In this document: piece after piece, positions 16,435 to 24,700 of the stretch
Layout of the letters: every line of letters starts with the position of its first letter
Numbering within the stretch: the first letter of the stretch is position 1
Origin: a virus
Taxonomy: Duplodnaviria; Caudoviricetes
Strand: one strand, 5' to 3'
IMG/VR virus record: IMGVR_UViG_3300035164_000372
Span: 1-28,638 of that record
Length of the DNA stretch: 28,638 nucleotides
Made by a program: the position numbers and the translations under genes
The notes under the pieces: model-generated
What the model was told of the DNA's origin: nothing
The model's database searches: none
Seen by the model: the letters and a program-made list of their open reading frames with translations, nothing else

Positions 16435-16860
16435 CTAAGCCAATCTAATAATGGCTCCAGTTGCAGTTGCCGCTGGAAATACTATAGTGAAGTCACCAGC
16501 AGTAGAAGTCTTATCGCCTCCAAAATCTATAGCAGCAATAGCCTTGTTTGAATTAGTTGAGTTGTAGAGTAAACATCCTCTGGCTGTTATTGTGGCCGTA
16601 CCAAAAGTTAAATCAGCAAAATCCACTATTGCCGTAGTACCGGAAGTAGTTGGAGTTACATTAGTTAAAGCGCTACCTCCAGAAGTGTAATTAGTTCCTG
16701 ACGCTTGGCCAGTAGTCACAAAAGCTGTGGTTGTCGCGCCTAAAGTTGCCGAGCTGGTGTATAAAGCTAATTTAATGCTATCCGCACCATTCGTAAGATT
16801 ATGTCCTTCTACAAGAAGTTCCTGTTTAAAACTTGTGCATATTGCCGATGTTATTGCCAT
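16435..16860 (-). CDS. Conserved phage structural protein
   Basis: 141 aa Thr/Ala/Gly-rich beta protein (IKLALYTSSA, YTSGG..L, DFGGDKTST.G.FTI.FP); AAGGAG RBS. Confidence 0.75.
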   Translation of the reverse strand: MAITSAICTSFKQELLVEGHNLTNGADSIKLALYTSSATLGATTTAFVTTGQASGTNYTSGGSALTNVTPTTSGTTAIVDFADLTFGTATITARGCLLYNSTNSNKAIAAIDFGGDKTSTAGDFTIVFPAATATGAIIRLA

Positions 16861-17147
16861 TATAGCTCCTTCAATATTTTGGCCATGTCTTCATGGCCTT
16901 GTTCTCTTAACAAATTTGAATAAGTCGTATTTTTAGACTTAATCGCGTTTTTAATAGTATATAAGATTACAGTATAAACTTGATTTTGAAAAGCTACCGC
17001 TTGTTGTTTTATGTGTTCAGGAGCATTTTCAGAAATGCTAACAATTTTTTTTGTAGCCTGAGCGGCCCAAAACTCAGGATCGTGGCCTTTGTTTTGTGTC
17101 GAATGTACCTCAATGTTGCCTAAAACAAAATCGCTCTTATTACTCAT
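16860..17147 (-). CDS. Hypothetical phage protein
   Basis: 95 aa, coupled to neighbours, VHSTQNKGHDPE motif. Confidence 0.75.
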   Translation of the reverse strand: MSNKSDFVLGNIEVHSTQNKGHDPEFWAAQATKKIVSISENAPEHIKQQAVAFQNQVYTVILYTIKNAIKSKNTTYSNLLREQGHEDMAKILKEL

Positions 17148-17149
17148 AA

Positions 17150-17866
17150 CTACCCCTTATATGGTTCTGGTGGCACTACATCTTCATTTATTTTCAAACC
17201 AAACTCTTCTAGTTTTTCATTTATTTCGTCGAATGGTCCTATTATAAACTGTCCTTCGTGTGGCACTGCTACTAAAGGTTTATCTAGTCTATGAAAACCA
17301 TAGAGTTTTTCAGTTGCTGGCACGTTGGAATCTAAAACAGTAGATCTACCGCTAATCCCCACAATAATATCCTCGCTCATACATTTACTTATCCAAAACT
17401 CAACACAAGCTCTCCCAGCCTCTGCAAAGTGCATATTCTGTTTGTAAGAAAAATCAATACCAAATAAATCTATTCTTCCGACTTTGTTATAAAGTGCATA
17501 AGCTATCGCATAAGCCACAGTAGTGTTCATGTAGGCACACTTAGTAGCGTTACAAACTTTTTCAACTGGAAAACGTACAGGGTTTTTGATTCTAGGATCT
17601 AATTCACAAGTATAAATTGGCACGTCAGATGTTGACATGAGTTTAATCATGGCCTGTGTTTGTTTACCAGCGTCGTCAGAATCAAAAAATCGACTAGCCG
17701 GGTCCAAAGCAAAAATTCTGTCGGCCGGGTAAACTAATCCAGCTGAGTTGATACACCAAACCTCATCCCATTCTTGTGAGTTCTCTAAGCCTATTGCAAA
17801 ATCGACCTGTGACACACCCAGGCCTATGATTGCAACTTTTTTACCCTCTAGATGTTCTAAAACCAT
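17150..17866 (-). CDS. Rossmann-like protein, glycosyltransferase family 29/MAF-like (putative)
   Basis: KKVAIIGLG.S, EVWCIN, NTTVAYAIAYAL, IDLFGIDF motifs resemble sialyltransferase-like motifs. Confidence 0.5.
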   Translation of the reverse strand: MVLEHLEGKKVAIIGLGVSQVDFAIGLENSQEWDEVWCINSAGLVYPADRIFALDPASRFFDSDDAGKQTQAMIKLMSTSDVPIYTCELDPRIKNPVRFPVEKVCNATKCAYMNTTVAYAIAYALYNKVGRIDLFGIDFSYKQNMHFAEAGRACVEFWISKCMSEDIIVGISGRSTVLDSNVPATEKLYGFHRLDKPLVAVPHEGQFIIGPFDEINEKLEEFGLKINEDVVPPEPYKG

Positions 17867-18510
17867 TAAGTCACGCTAGAGCGGACTGAATCGTATCTAT
17901 ATTCGTCGCGTGTGCCACGACCTTCTGATGTATTTTTCATACGAGCTATCGCCTCCTTAAATCGGCCCTCTAATTGGGCAACGACATCTACCGGTTCTTT
18001 GAGGAAGATAGCTGCTTCCACTAAAGCTCCGTACAACAACGCATCTGGATATTCAGAAGATAGGGTCGTTGTACCACTGTCACTACCACTGGTTAAAGAG
18101 CCTGGTTTGTTTAAATAATGTAATTCTATTGTGTAGTTTGCATCTGGGATTGGCGATAACTCAAAAGATGTTTCGTCAAATAAAGAGTAATACTTTGGCG
18201 TGCCTTGTGTAGTACCTGATGAAAACTCTTTTATAAATGATGGATGTTTGTAATCTAAATAATCATAAGTATTAGAGTTAATAATTGCTAGACTCATAGG
18301 CGCATAGAAATCAGTTGGAGTTGCTAAAAATCTATTTCCAGAAGTGACATTGCCTTGCACGTTTTTTCTCTGGTCGGGAAGTTGCACAAAAGAAAAAATC
18401 CTATCTTCTGACTCCTTTATGAAAGTTGGTAACTGATTCGTAAAAGTAGTTTCTGAAACTTGCAGATAATCTTGTACTGCTGTTTTTAAAGTTGCTAATG
18501 TAAAACTCAT
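17866..18510 (-). CDS. Putative head-tail adaptor/tail tubular protein
   Basis: Helical ends and beta core, GTPKYY, ELSPIPD..YTIELHY, YPDALLYGALVEA. Confidence 0.65.
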   Translation of the reverse strand: MSFTLATLKTAVQDYLQVSETTFTNQLPTFIKESEDRIFSFVQLPDQRKNVQGNVTSGNRFLATPTDFYAPMSLAIINSNTYDYLDYKHPSFIKEFSSGTTQGTPKYYSLFDETSFELSPIPDANYTIELHYLNKPGSLTSGSDSGTTTLSSEYPDALLYGALVEAAIFLKEPVDVVAQLEGRFKEAIARMKNTSEGRGTRDEYRYDSVRSSVT

Positions 18511-18818
18511 GTTGTTACTGTGACCTCTCCCACATTAGTTGTTACCTCAAAAGTAGTTAACACAGATCCTAATTTACCATCACCTACATTTGTGTAAACT
18601 AAAAAAACCGAGTTATCGTCTACCACGTCGGGCCTTGCGTTTTTTAATGCTTGTGGATCTTGCGGAGCTGGTTTGGGCATCAACTGCGGGTGTTTAGCGT
18701 CCCACTGATCTGGGCCCACTAATAAACCATCCCAGGTTCTACGCATATCTTTCAACTTGTATCTAAAACCGGTTATGTCACAAATTCCGTAAGAGTTTTT
18801 TCCTGATGCAAAAGCCAT
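18507..18818 (-). CDS. Small conserved phage protein
   Basis: GICDITGFRYKL...WDGLLVGPDQWD.KHPQL...DPQAL.NARP. Confidence 0.75.
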   Translation of the reverse strand: MAFASGKNSYGICDITGFRYKLKDMRRTWDGLLVGPDQWDAKHPQLMPKPAPQDPQALKNARPDVVDDNSVFLVYTNVGDGKLGSVLTTFEVTTNVGEVTVTT

Positions 18819-19513
18819 TATGCGTTGTTGTAATTTCTTAAACTTGGTGAAACTTTAAACGAAGCTCTATCTTCATCTTGGGCTAAAGCCCTAGCAAATT
18901 CGTCTTCGTAAATAGCCTTTAAAGTGTTTGTTCTTTCCGGAGCTCGCTTCATGGATATGTAATAAGCGAGGCCAGCTGCCAAACAAGGGTAAAACCGGAA
19001 CGGCAGATCTAAAGTATTTGCGCCCGCATCTGCATCATCCATCCGGGTTAACACATTCATGTGCACTGTATACGTGCTATTTTTGTCTGGTGCTGGCCAA
19101 ACTGAAATAGTAGGTGTTAACTGTTTATTGATAAAGTATTGATTTGGTTTGCCTGTGGTAGATTTTGTTGTGATATGAGCATACTCGGCCCTACTTAATC
19201 TAGTCATGGGTATGTCTGTGGTTTCTGAATTGACAGTTTCTCTTATGAATACATCAAGAACATCTATAGGCGCAGTCGCGTTAGTGCTGTCAACATTATA
19301 TGTTTTGGTATCCTTTACCATGGCAACTGTTTTTTCAGTTATGGTCCACTGATTAAGGCCTCTGTTTGCCCACTCTGCCAACATAAGATTTAAACTTCTA
19401 TTAGCAGATTTAAGATCATAGCCAGTACGCAGTTCCAAACCACAGCGTTCGAAAGCCTCTTCGACATAATCAGCTACGTCTAGTTCAAAATCTTTACTGC
19501 CTGATGTTGCCAT
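18818..19513 (-). CDS. Putative head-tail adaptor/connector protein
   Basis: EEAFERCG, RSLNLMLAEWANRGLNQW, GKPNQY, WPAPD, PFRFYPCLAAGLAYY; architecture similar to 17866-18510. Confidence 0.68.
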   Translation of the reverse strand: MATSGSKDFELDVADYVEEAFERCGLELRTGYDLKSANRSLNLMLAEWANRGLNQWTITEKTVAMVKDTKTYNVDSTNATAPIDVLDVFIRETVNSETTDIPMTRLSRAEYAHITTKSTTGKPNQYFINKQLTPTISVWPAPDKNSTYTVHMNVLTRMDDADAGANTLDLPFRFYPCLAAGLAYYISMKRAPERTNTLKAIYEDEFARALAQDEDRASFKVSPSLRNYNNA

Positions 19514-20202
19514 TAATCTTCTTCAACTCCATCACTGTATAAATTATCGAAAGTTATATTTGGATCCATATAACTTTCGTGTCCCTCTGCTGTGTGTACC
19601 CATTGACTAGGAGAAAAGTCTGGTGCTCCTTCTCCTACTCGCCACAAAGCTGGATTTGTAGCTCTCACTCTGTTGTTAGGTAGAGCGACAAAATTACCAG
19701 TGTACTCACCAGCGTCAGTTAAATATAACACATGTGACTGTTTATGTTGAGCCGGATCGTCTGCGATACTGTTTTCTGTATAGTCAACAGTGAACATGTA
19801 TTTGCCGGTATAAAACTCACCGCCAATTTTGCAAATCCAGGGTGAAGAGCTGACTCTATCTAAAACTACCACAGAATGATCGTGAGCTAAACAATCCCAG
19901 GGTTGAGCTAAGTGATCCTCCATTGGTTTTGGCCAGTCTTCTAAAGGAATATCAGCTACGAGCGCCTGTATTGGCATCCTTGCCCACATAGCTCCGCCGT
20001 GCACGTTTTCGTCTGGGTACCCTTCAAAATCGGTTTCACAGCCTGTAAAAACCACTTGAAAAGACAAAGATCTGTCAGGAATTGTGTTAACTGCAAAAGC
20101 TAAAGCATGAAGATACTCTCCATGATATTTTTGGTGATTTGCCGTAAATTCTTTACGGACCCAGCATTTAAACTGAGGAATGTTTGAAATTAAATACGCC
20201 AC
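19513..20202 (-). CDS. Conserved hypothetical phage protein
   Basis: 229 aa, GTG start with AGGAG RBS; GGAMWARMPI, AQPWDC, HKQSHV, ALPNNR motifs. Confidence 0.78.
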   Translation of the reverse strand: MAYLISNIPQFKCWVRKEFTANHQKYHGEYLHALAFAVNTIPDRSLSFQVVFTGCETDFEGYPDENVHGGAMWARMPIQALVADIPLEDWPKPMEDHLAQPWDCLAHDHSVVVLDRVSSSPWICKIGGEFYTGKYMFTVDYTENSIADDPAQHKQSHVLYLTDAGEYTGNFVALPNNRVRATNPALWRVGEGAPDFSPSQWVHTAEGHESYMDPNITFDNLYSDGVEED

Positions 20203-20226
20203 TTAATTTAACTCCTGTGTAATTAT

Positions 20227-20709
20227 CTATTTGCCGTATAAGCCGCCTCTTCTACTTTTTCCATACTTGTAAGCACCTTTAGATCCTGTCTGTGGGTTTC
20301 TTGGTCTTCTGGGCTTAGGCTTAGATTCTACTAAAGGTTCTTGTTTAGCAATACCTCCAGTGAAAAACCCTTTAACACCTTTAGCCATACCGCCACCCTT
20401 GGCCATGCCTTTAGTGCCTTTCATAGCTCCACCTTGCGCCATGCCTTTTGTTCCTTTTAGCATCGGCTTAGATCCAGCTGCTCTTGTGCCTTGGCCCATC
20501 AAAGCTGACATAACTGATTTAGGCATATTGCTCATTCCAGGATTAGCTTGCATTTCTGCTTGAGCTGCGCCGCCCATGGACATATATTTAGTGCCTTTCA
20601 TGGCACCGCCTTGAGCCATACCTTTAGTTCTCTTCATAGCACCGCCTCCAGCTCTATATTTAGTGCCCTTCATAGCACCGCCTCCAGCTCTATATTTAGT
20701 ACGTTTCAT
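20227..20709 (-). CDS. Lys/Gly/Met-rich repeat protein
   Basis: 160 aa with 12-aa repeats MK[RG]TK[YG][RM]A[GQK]GG; AGGAG RBS. Confidence 0.8.
   Translation of the reverse strand: MKRTKYRAGGGAMKGTKYRAGGGAMKRTKGMAQGGAMKGTKYMSMGGAAQAEMQANPGMSNMPKSVMSALMGQGTRAAGSKPMLKGTKGMAQGGAMKGTKGMAKGGGMAKGVKGFFTGGIAKQEPLVESKPKPRRPRNPQTGSKGAYKYGKSRRGGLYGK
20388..20709. repeat. 36-bp in-frame tandem repeats, two blocks (about 20388-20465 and 20575-20709)
   Basis: e.g. TTCATAGCACCGCCTCCAGCTCTATATTTAGT repeated at 36-nt period. Confidence 0.88.
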
Positions 20710-20711
20710 AG

Positions 20712-21026
20712 TTATCTCCTTCCGTATAAACCCATGTTACCTTTTGATCTTATCATACCACCCTCAGCAGCAAAAGTTTTAACGTTTGTGGGTTTTCCAC
20801 CCACTCCTTGCGGCTTGGCTCTTTTTCTGCTGACAGCTGATTTAATTTGCGATTTACTCATGCGCCTAGCTTTGGCTGCGGGCACACATTTTGGATACTT
20901 TCTTTTTCTATCTGCTTTCAATTTGGTTCTACCACATTTAGCAAAACCGCCTCCTTTTTTTGGCGCTCCTATGTCAACCCAGTCTTGTTGGAACCATTTA
21001 GTAAGTCCGCCGCTAGTTTTTGCCAT
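20712..21026 (-). CDS. Small basic protein, DUF5872-like
   Basis: GLTKWFQQDWVDI...CGR...YPKCVP..KA..MS. Confidence 0.65.
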   Translation of the reverse strand: MAKTSGGLTKWFQQDWVDIGAPKKGGGFAKCGRTKLKADRKRKYPKCVPAAKARRMSKSQIKSAVSRKRAKPQGVGGKPTNVKTFAAEGGMIRSKGNMGLYGRR

Positions 21027-21336
21027 GTTGTTTTCTTATCTGTTGTTTACCTTTTTTGAATATATTAGCTATGCTAGTTTTGCCCATAACTTTAGCTCTT
21101 TGTTCACCCACTGTTAATATTTGTATTTTGCGAGCAAAAGGCTTGTTTATCCTTTTTACTTTGTTGACAGTTGCATTAGCATCTTTCATGGTAGCAAATT
21201 TTATACTTACTGTGTCTTTAGGATTTTCGTCCGTGTAAAGTCTTCGGCCAGATCCTTTTGGTTTTTTACCCGTGCCAACTTTAGGATCTCTTTTCTTTTT
21301 ACTTCTTGTATTTAGGGCTTTTATGTTTTGTACCAT
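21013..21336 (-). CDS. Small basic conserved phage protein (start uncertain)
   Basis: DPKVGTGKKPKGSGRRLYTDENPKDTV...QILTVGEQRAKV. Confidence 0.7.
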   Translation of the reverse strand: MVQNIKALNTRSKKKRDPKVGTGKKPKGSGRRLYTDENPKDTVSIKFATMKDANATVNKVKRINKPFARKIQILTVGEQRAKVMGKTSIANIFKKGKQQIRKQHGKN

Positions 21337-21442
21337 CTGCTCTTTTTATTAGACCTCTAGCTTTTGCGCTTGCCTTTTCACTAAAACCTAGTTTTTTGCC
21401 TTGTTTTATTTTTTTCTTGATTGTGCTTACTTTTGCAACCAT
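21299..21442 (-). CDS. 47-aa Lys-rich protein (below ORF-track cutoff)
   Basis: MVAKVSTIKKKIKQGKKLGFSEKASAKARGLIKRADGTKHKSPKYKK; ATG overlaps the upstream stop (TAATG); fills an otherwise empty gap. Confidence 0.7.
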   Translation of the reverse strand: MVAKVSTIKKKIKQGKKLGFSEKASAKARGLIKRADGTKHKSPKYKK

Positions 21443-21909
21443 TAGACTCTCGGCACCTTAGTTTTTTTACGTTTACTATCTAGCATAGCTCCACAACCTC
21501 TGCCTTGGACCATCATAACTGGACCGCCCTGGCGCATGAAACCCATTTTATTTCTAACCTTTTTAGGGAGTTTAGGTAGTCCTTTATTATCAGCGGGTAT
21601 GGGCTTGAGGCTTTTCATTTCACCTCCCTCTGCTGCTTTTTTAGCGCCTTTATACTTACCGCCCATCCTTTTGTACTCTTGGACCATATACGCATTTGCA
21701 TAAGCAGATGGATAAACATCAAACTTAGCTTTTGCTTTGGCTTTAGCTCTTGCATAAATAGAAGGATTAGCCACATTTGCCGGAGTTTTTGATTTAGCGC
21801 CGCCGCCGTTTTTCATTTTTATAGACTCTAGCGTTTTTGCTTGGCCCGCGTGTGTTTTGCTTGCTTTTTTTAGTTGTCTTACAACTTTATTTATTTTTTC
21901 TTTTGCCAT
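21442..21909 (-). CDS. Basic protein, DUF5872-like segment plus xxGG motifs
   Basis: PANVANPSIYARAK.KAK.KFDVYPSAYAN..MVQEYKRMGGKY; AEGG, RQGG, GRGCGA. Confidence 0.7.
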   Translation of the reverse strand: MAKEKINKVVRQLKKASKTHAGQAKTLESIKMKNGGGAKSKTPANVANPSIYARAKAKAKAKFDVYPSAYANAYMVQEYKRMGGKYKGAKKAAEGGEMKSLKPIPADNKGLPKLPKKVRNKMGFMRQGGPVMMVQGRGCGAMLDSKRKKTKVPRV

Positions 21910-21915
21910 AATAAT

Positions 21916-22209
21916 TTACCAATTTTTGCAAGACCAATAACCAGCTGTAAATACATCTTTCTTTTTTTCTACTGCATCACAGTTATGTCTTGCTCTAAAA
22001 CTTTTTCTACGTCCTGGCTGATCTTTTTTGATAGACAAATTAGGATCTCCATAACGCACTATTTTAACTTGATCGCCTTTTTTGGCCAAAACTGCAAACT
22101 TTTTGTTTTTACCAGGAGTTCTTTTTTGTTTGTTATATCCTGGAAAAGACTCCCCGCGGTAGGTTAATCTACCGCTTGGAGTTCTTGTGACGTCTTTTAT
22201 AGTCGCCAT
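21916..22209 (-). CDS. Small basic protein, DUF6321-like
   Basis: KKFAVLAKKGDQVKIVRYGDP...RRKSFRARHNC...AGYWSCKNW. Confidence 0.7.
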   Translation of the reverse strand: MATIKDVTRTPSGRLTYRGESFPGYNKQKRTPGKNKKFAVLAKKGDQVKIVRYGDPNLSIKKDQPGRRKSFRARHNCDAVEKKKDVFTAGYWSCKNW

Positions 22210-22611
22210 CTAGTAGTTTTTAGTCAAAACCAAAATTATGGAATAGGCGTCGCCATTGCTATGACCCACTGTTGTGAAGTCAATATCACCGGTAACACCA
22301 GAGCCCGCATTGTTAGGAATACCTGTAAACAAATCGTAATATTCGTCACCGGTACTATCAGCCGGCAAAGGTATTGCTAAAACATTTGTGGAAGCGTCAA
22401 ACTCAATATCGACTCCCATTCCACGACATGCCCAATATATTCTTGAAATAGAAACCGACGTACAGGTTTCACCCGCGCTGTTTGTAGCTAACGCTGATAC
22501 GTCAACCTTTTTGACGGAGGCTTCGCCTGTGCCATCGCTTTCATTTGTAAATTTCAAGATTGCGGTTTTCTCGCCATCCTGTATGGTTTGACTGGTTACT
22601 GTATCAGCCAT
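22210..22611 (-). CDS. Putative virion structural protein
   Basis: 133 aa beta-rich acidic protein, MADTVTSQTIQDG...SDGTGE...TGDIDFTT; AAGGAG RBS. Confidence 0.72.
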   Translation of the reverse strand: MADTVTSQTIQDGEKTAILKFTNESDGTGEASVKKVDVSALATNSAGETCTSVSISRIYWACRGMGVDIEFDASTNVLAIPLPADSTGDEYYDLFTGIPNNAGSGVTGDIDFTTVGHSNGDAYSIILVLTKNY

Positions 22612-22621
22612 ATTTCACTCC

Positions 22622-23332
22622 TTACAGTTCAGTATTAGCTGTACGTTCTTTGCTCGCGCCAATATAATCGACTGTCAAAGTTTTTGCAGCAGCCTCTCCG
22701 TTTTGTATTCCAAAAGAAACTGTCAACTCCTCATCATCTGGTGCATTGGTGCTAACTACTGTGCCAGCTAAAACATTGTTTTGAAAGACGTGAAATTTCT
22801 GATCTTTGGGATCATAAACGAAACCTAGTGTCATAAAAGTGTCGTCAGCTAATGAATTAGGCAAGGTCAATGTTGACTGTGTGCTATCTTTTTCAACGAC
22901 AAAACTAATAGACGTAGCTCCATCCGATTTCAAAAAGAAAATACCATCCGTAACATCTAACGGAGTAGTATCTGTCAGTTGTAATCCAGCCACAATATCA
23001 GTTTGGGTTGCGTCGCTAGTTTTTAATCTAACGTGAAACGCTAACTGCTTGCCAGACTCAAACTTGAAACCTTCTTTTACAAGTTGCAAAAAGTCTAGGT
23101 CATTATCGCCAGCAGCATTGGTAAGTAAAAGTAACCCGCCATCGCCGTCAGCTAACGCTTCTGTTGCCGATCCTGTACCAGCTTCGGTTGTAGTAATTGT
23201 CCAATCGGACGCCAAGTAAGTATCAAAATCATTAAAATAAGTATGATACTTGTGGGGTGCGGGTGCTTTGAATTTACCTAACGTAGAGTCGGTCCCAACG
23301 TTAGTAACACCCGAAGTAAAGTGTGTAGTCAT
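22622..23332 (-). CDS. Putative virion structural protein, beta-sandwich (lectin-like)
   Basis: Start ATG 23332 (MTTHFTSGV) after AAGGAGG; YFNDFD, DGIFF, LTVDYI; the ORF-track extension to 23380 lies in a hairpin leader. Confidence 0.7.
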   Translation of the reverse strand: MTTHFTSGVTNVGTDSTLGKFKAPAPHKYHTYFNDFDTYLASDWTITTTEAGTGSATEALADGDGGLLLLTNAAGDNDLDFLQLVKEGFKFESGKQLAFHVRLKTSDATQTDIVAGLQLTDTTPLDVTDGIFFLKSDGATSISFVVEKDSTQSTLTLPNSLADDTFMTLGFVYDPKDQKFHVFQNNVLAGTVVSTNAPDDEELTVSFGIQNGEAAAKTLTVDYIGASKERTANTEL

Positions 23333-23356
23333 AATCAGCCTCCTTATAAATAGCCA

Positions 23357-23377
23357 TTGCGGGCACCATGCCCGCAA
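23357..23377 (-). promoter_or_regulatory. Perfect 9-bp hairpin in the leader of gene 23332
   Basis: TTGCGGGCA-TGG-TGCCCGCAA; a -10-like TAGTAT lies upstream at about 23401-23406. Confidence 0.55.
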
Positions 23378-23406
23378 CAATTAGTTCTACAAGATTGATG
23401 ATACTA

Positions 23407-23916
23407 CTAGGCTATTTCTTTGGCAACAATAGGGTCCTCTCTAGATAATAAATACTCTAGTTGAGCTAGAGTGCTAGTCATGCTGGTGTGATGAATGGCA
23501 ATGCCGCCGGCGTTTTGCCAAGCATTACAATTTGATTTTTTATCATCTACCAAAACATGTCCTGGCTGCGCAAAAACAGATTTGTGTTTGCCTTTTAAAG
23601 TACCTGTAACTACTACGTGAGGATCTACATATCTTTTTATCCAAGCCATTTTGTCAGCCATTACTAAAGATCTATTGATCTCTCCGGTTGCTGTAAGGAC
23701 CTCCCAAGGCAAACCGGTATCTTTGACAAAAGCCACAAGATCTAACATGCCTGGCATTACTGGCAAGTTTCTAAAAAGTCTTTTGTTAATGTACTCAGCT
23801 TTTTTATTGTCGTAGTGATTTTCATCTTGTAGAGGCCCGTTTATGTAATCTGGGCCTTCTACACCCGTGACAAAATCTGCCAGAACGCCATCCATGTCTA
23901 AATATATTTTATTCAT
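23407..23916 (-). CDS. HAD-superfamily 5'(3')-deoxyribonucleotidase (NT5C-like) (cassette B)
   Basis: IYLDMDGVLADF motif I, VLTA motif II, K..W, LVDD...N...W...GG..I.H. Confidence 0.88.
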   Translation of the reverse strand: MNKIYLDMDGVLADFVTGVEGPDYINGPLQDENHYDNKKAEYINKRLFRNLPVMPGMLDLVAFVKDTGLPWEVLTATGEINRSLVMADKMAWIKRYVDPHVVVTGTLKGKHKSVFAQPGHVLVDDKKSNCNAWQNAGGIAIHHTSMTSTLAQLEYLLSREDPIVAKEIA

Positions 23917-24251
23917 TCTACTCTATCGAATATTGGTACCGGCCCTAAGCCATAAACATTGCCAAGATCTTCACCCATTAACTCTCTGCATTTGTCACCA
24001 AACCTAGAGTCTGAGGTGTAAGCAAAATTACCGCCAAACATTGCGTCCTTATCTGATTTTGATTCCGGCATTAAATATAGAGAACATCCAAACCCAAACT
24101 TTTGTTTGATTAGTTTAGCTGCTGGATAGTCCTCACAAGGCTCAAAAGGACCTCTAATATCTGTTATTGTGAAACCTTTTTTTGTAGCAGACTCACCATT
24201 TATGGTGCAATCTTCTCCCTCGCGTCTATATACATTTACAAGAATTCCCAT
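23913..24251 (-). CDS. Hypothetical phage protein (cassette B)
   Basis: 112 aa, DCTINGES, GPFEP, MFGGNFAYTSDSRF, PVPIFDRVE; TAATG coupling. Confidence 0.8.
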   Translation of the reverse strand: MGILVNVYRREGEDCTINGESATKKGFTITDIRGPFEPCEDYPAAKLIKQKFGFGCSLYLMPESKSDKDAMFGGNFAYTSDSRFGDKCRELMGEDLGNVYGLGPVPIFDRVE

Positions 24252-24700
24252 TACGCCACCTCCTCAGCTGGCACATATTTTTTAACAGCCTCGTCGATAC
24301 TGCCAGAGAATATCAACTCAACTTTTTCTTCATACTCATTGTCTAAGAAGCTCTCTTGCTCTTCACCAACCAAAACATTAGTATGGCTAAACACTTCAAC
24401 ATAATTGTCGTCAGTAATTTCGTAGTGATAGGCTAGGTCCCCATGTCTTTTATAATCATCAGTAAACTCTTTGGCCCTGTTTGTAATTAGTGGAGAAGCC
24501 ATAAACCCAGTCACCATTTTGTCACTTTCATGGCTCAGGTTTTCCCCAAACTCATCTGCCGGTAACTGGTCCCCATAATCTTTGGCGGCCTTAATAAAAC
24601 TAATACCGCCAGCTGGATAGCCATCGTGATGTTTATAGATGGTTATATCTTTGCGATACGGACCACTTTGTTTAAATACGTAACAAGCTCTAGTGCTCAT
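24251..24700 (-). CDS. Hypothetical phage protein (cassette B)
   Basis: Start ATG 24700 after GGAGG; MSTRA...IYKHHDGYP.G...HGDLAYHYEI. Confidence 0.8.
   Translation of the reverse strand: MSTRACYVFKQSGPYRKDITIYKHHDGYPAGGISFIKAAKDYGDQLPADEFGENLSHESDKMVTGFMASPLITNRAKEFTDDYKRHGDLAYHYEITDDNYVEVFSHTNVLVGEEQESFLDNEYEEKVELIFSGSIDEAVKKYVPAEEVA

Noticed and set aside
20388-20709. 36-bp periodic repeats as a possible CRISPR array
   Set aside because: Repeats are contiguous and in frame, with no unique spacers and no cas genes
11632-23369. 9-nt complementarity between the leaders at 11632-11640 (ATGGTGCCC) and 23361-23369 (GGGCACCAT)
   Set aside because: Short, largely buried in local stems, and plausible by chance in 28 kb
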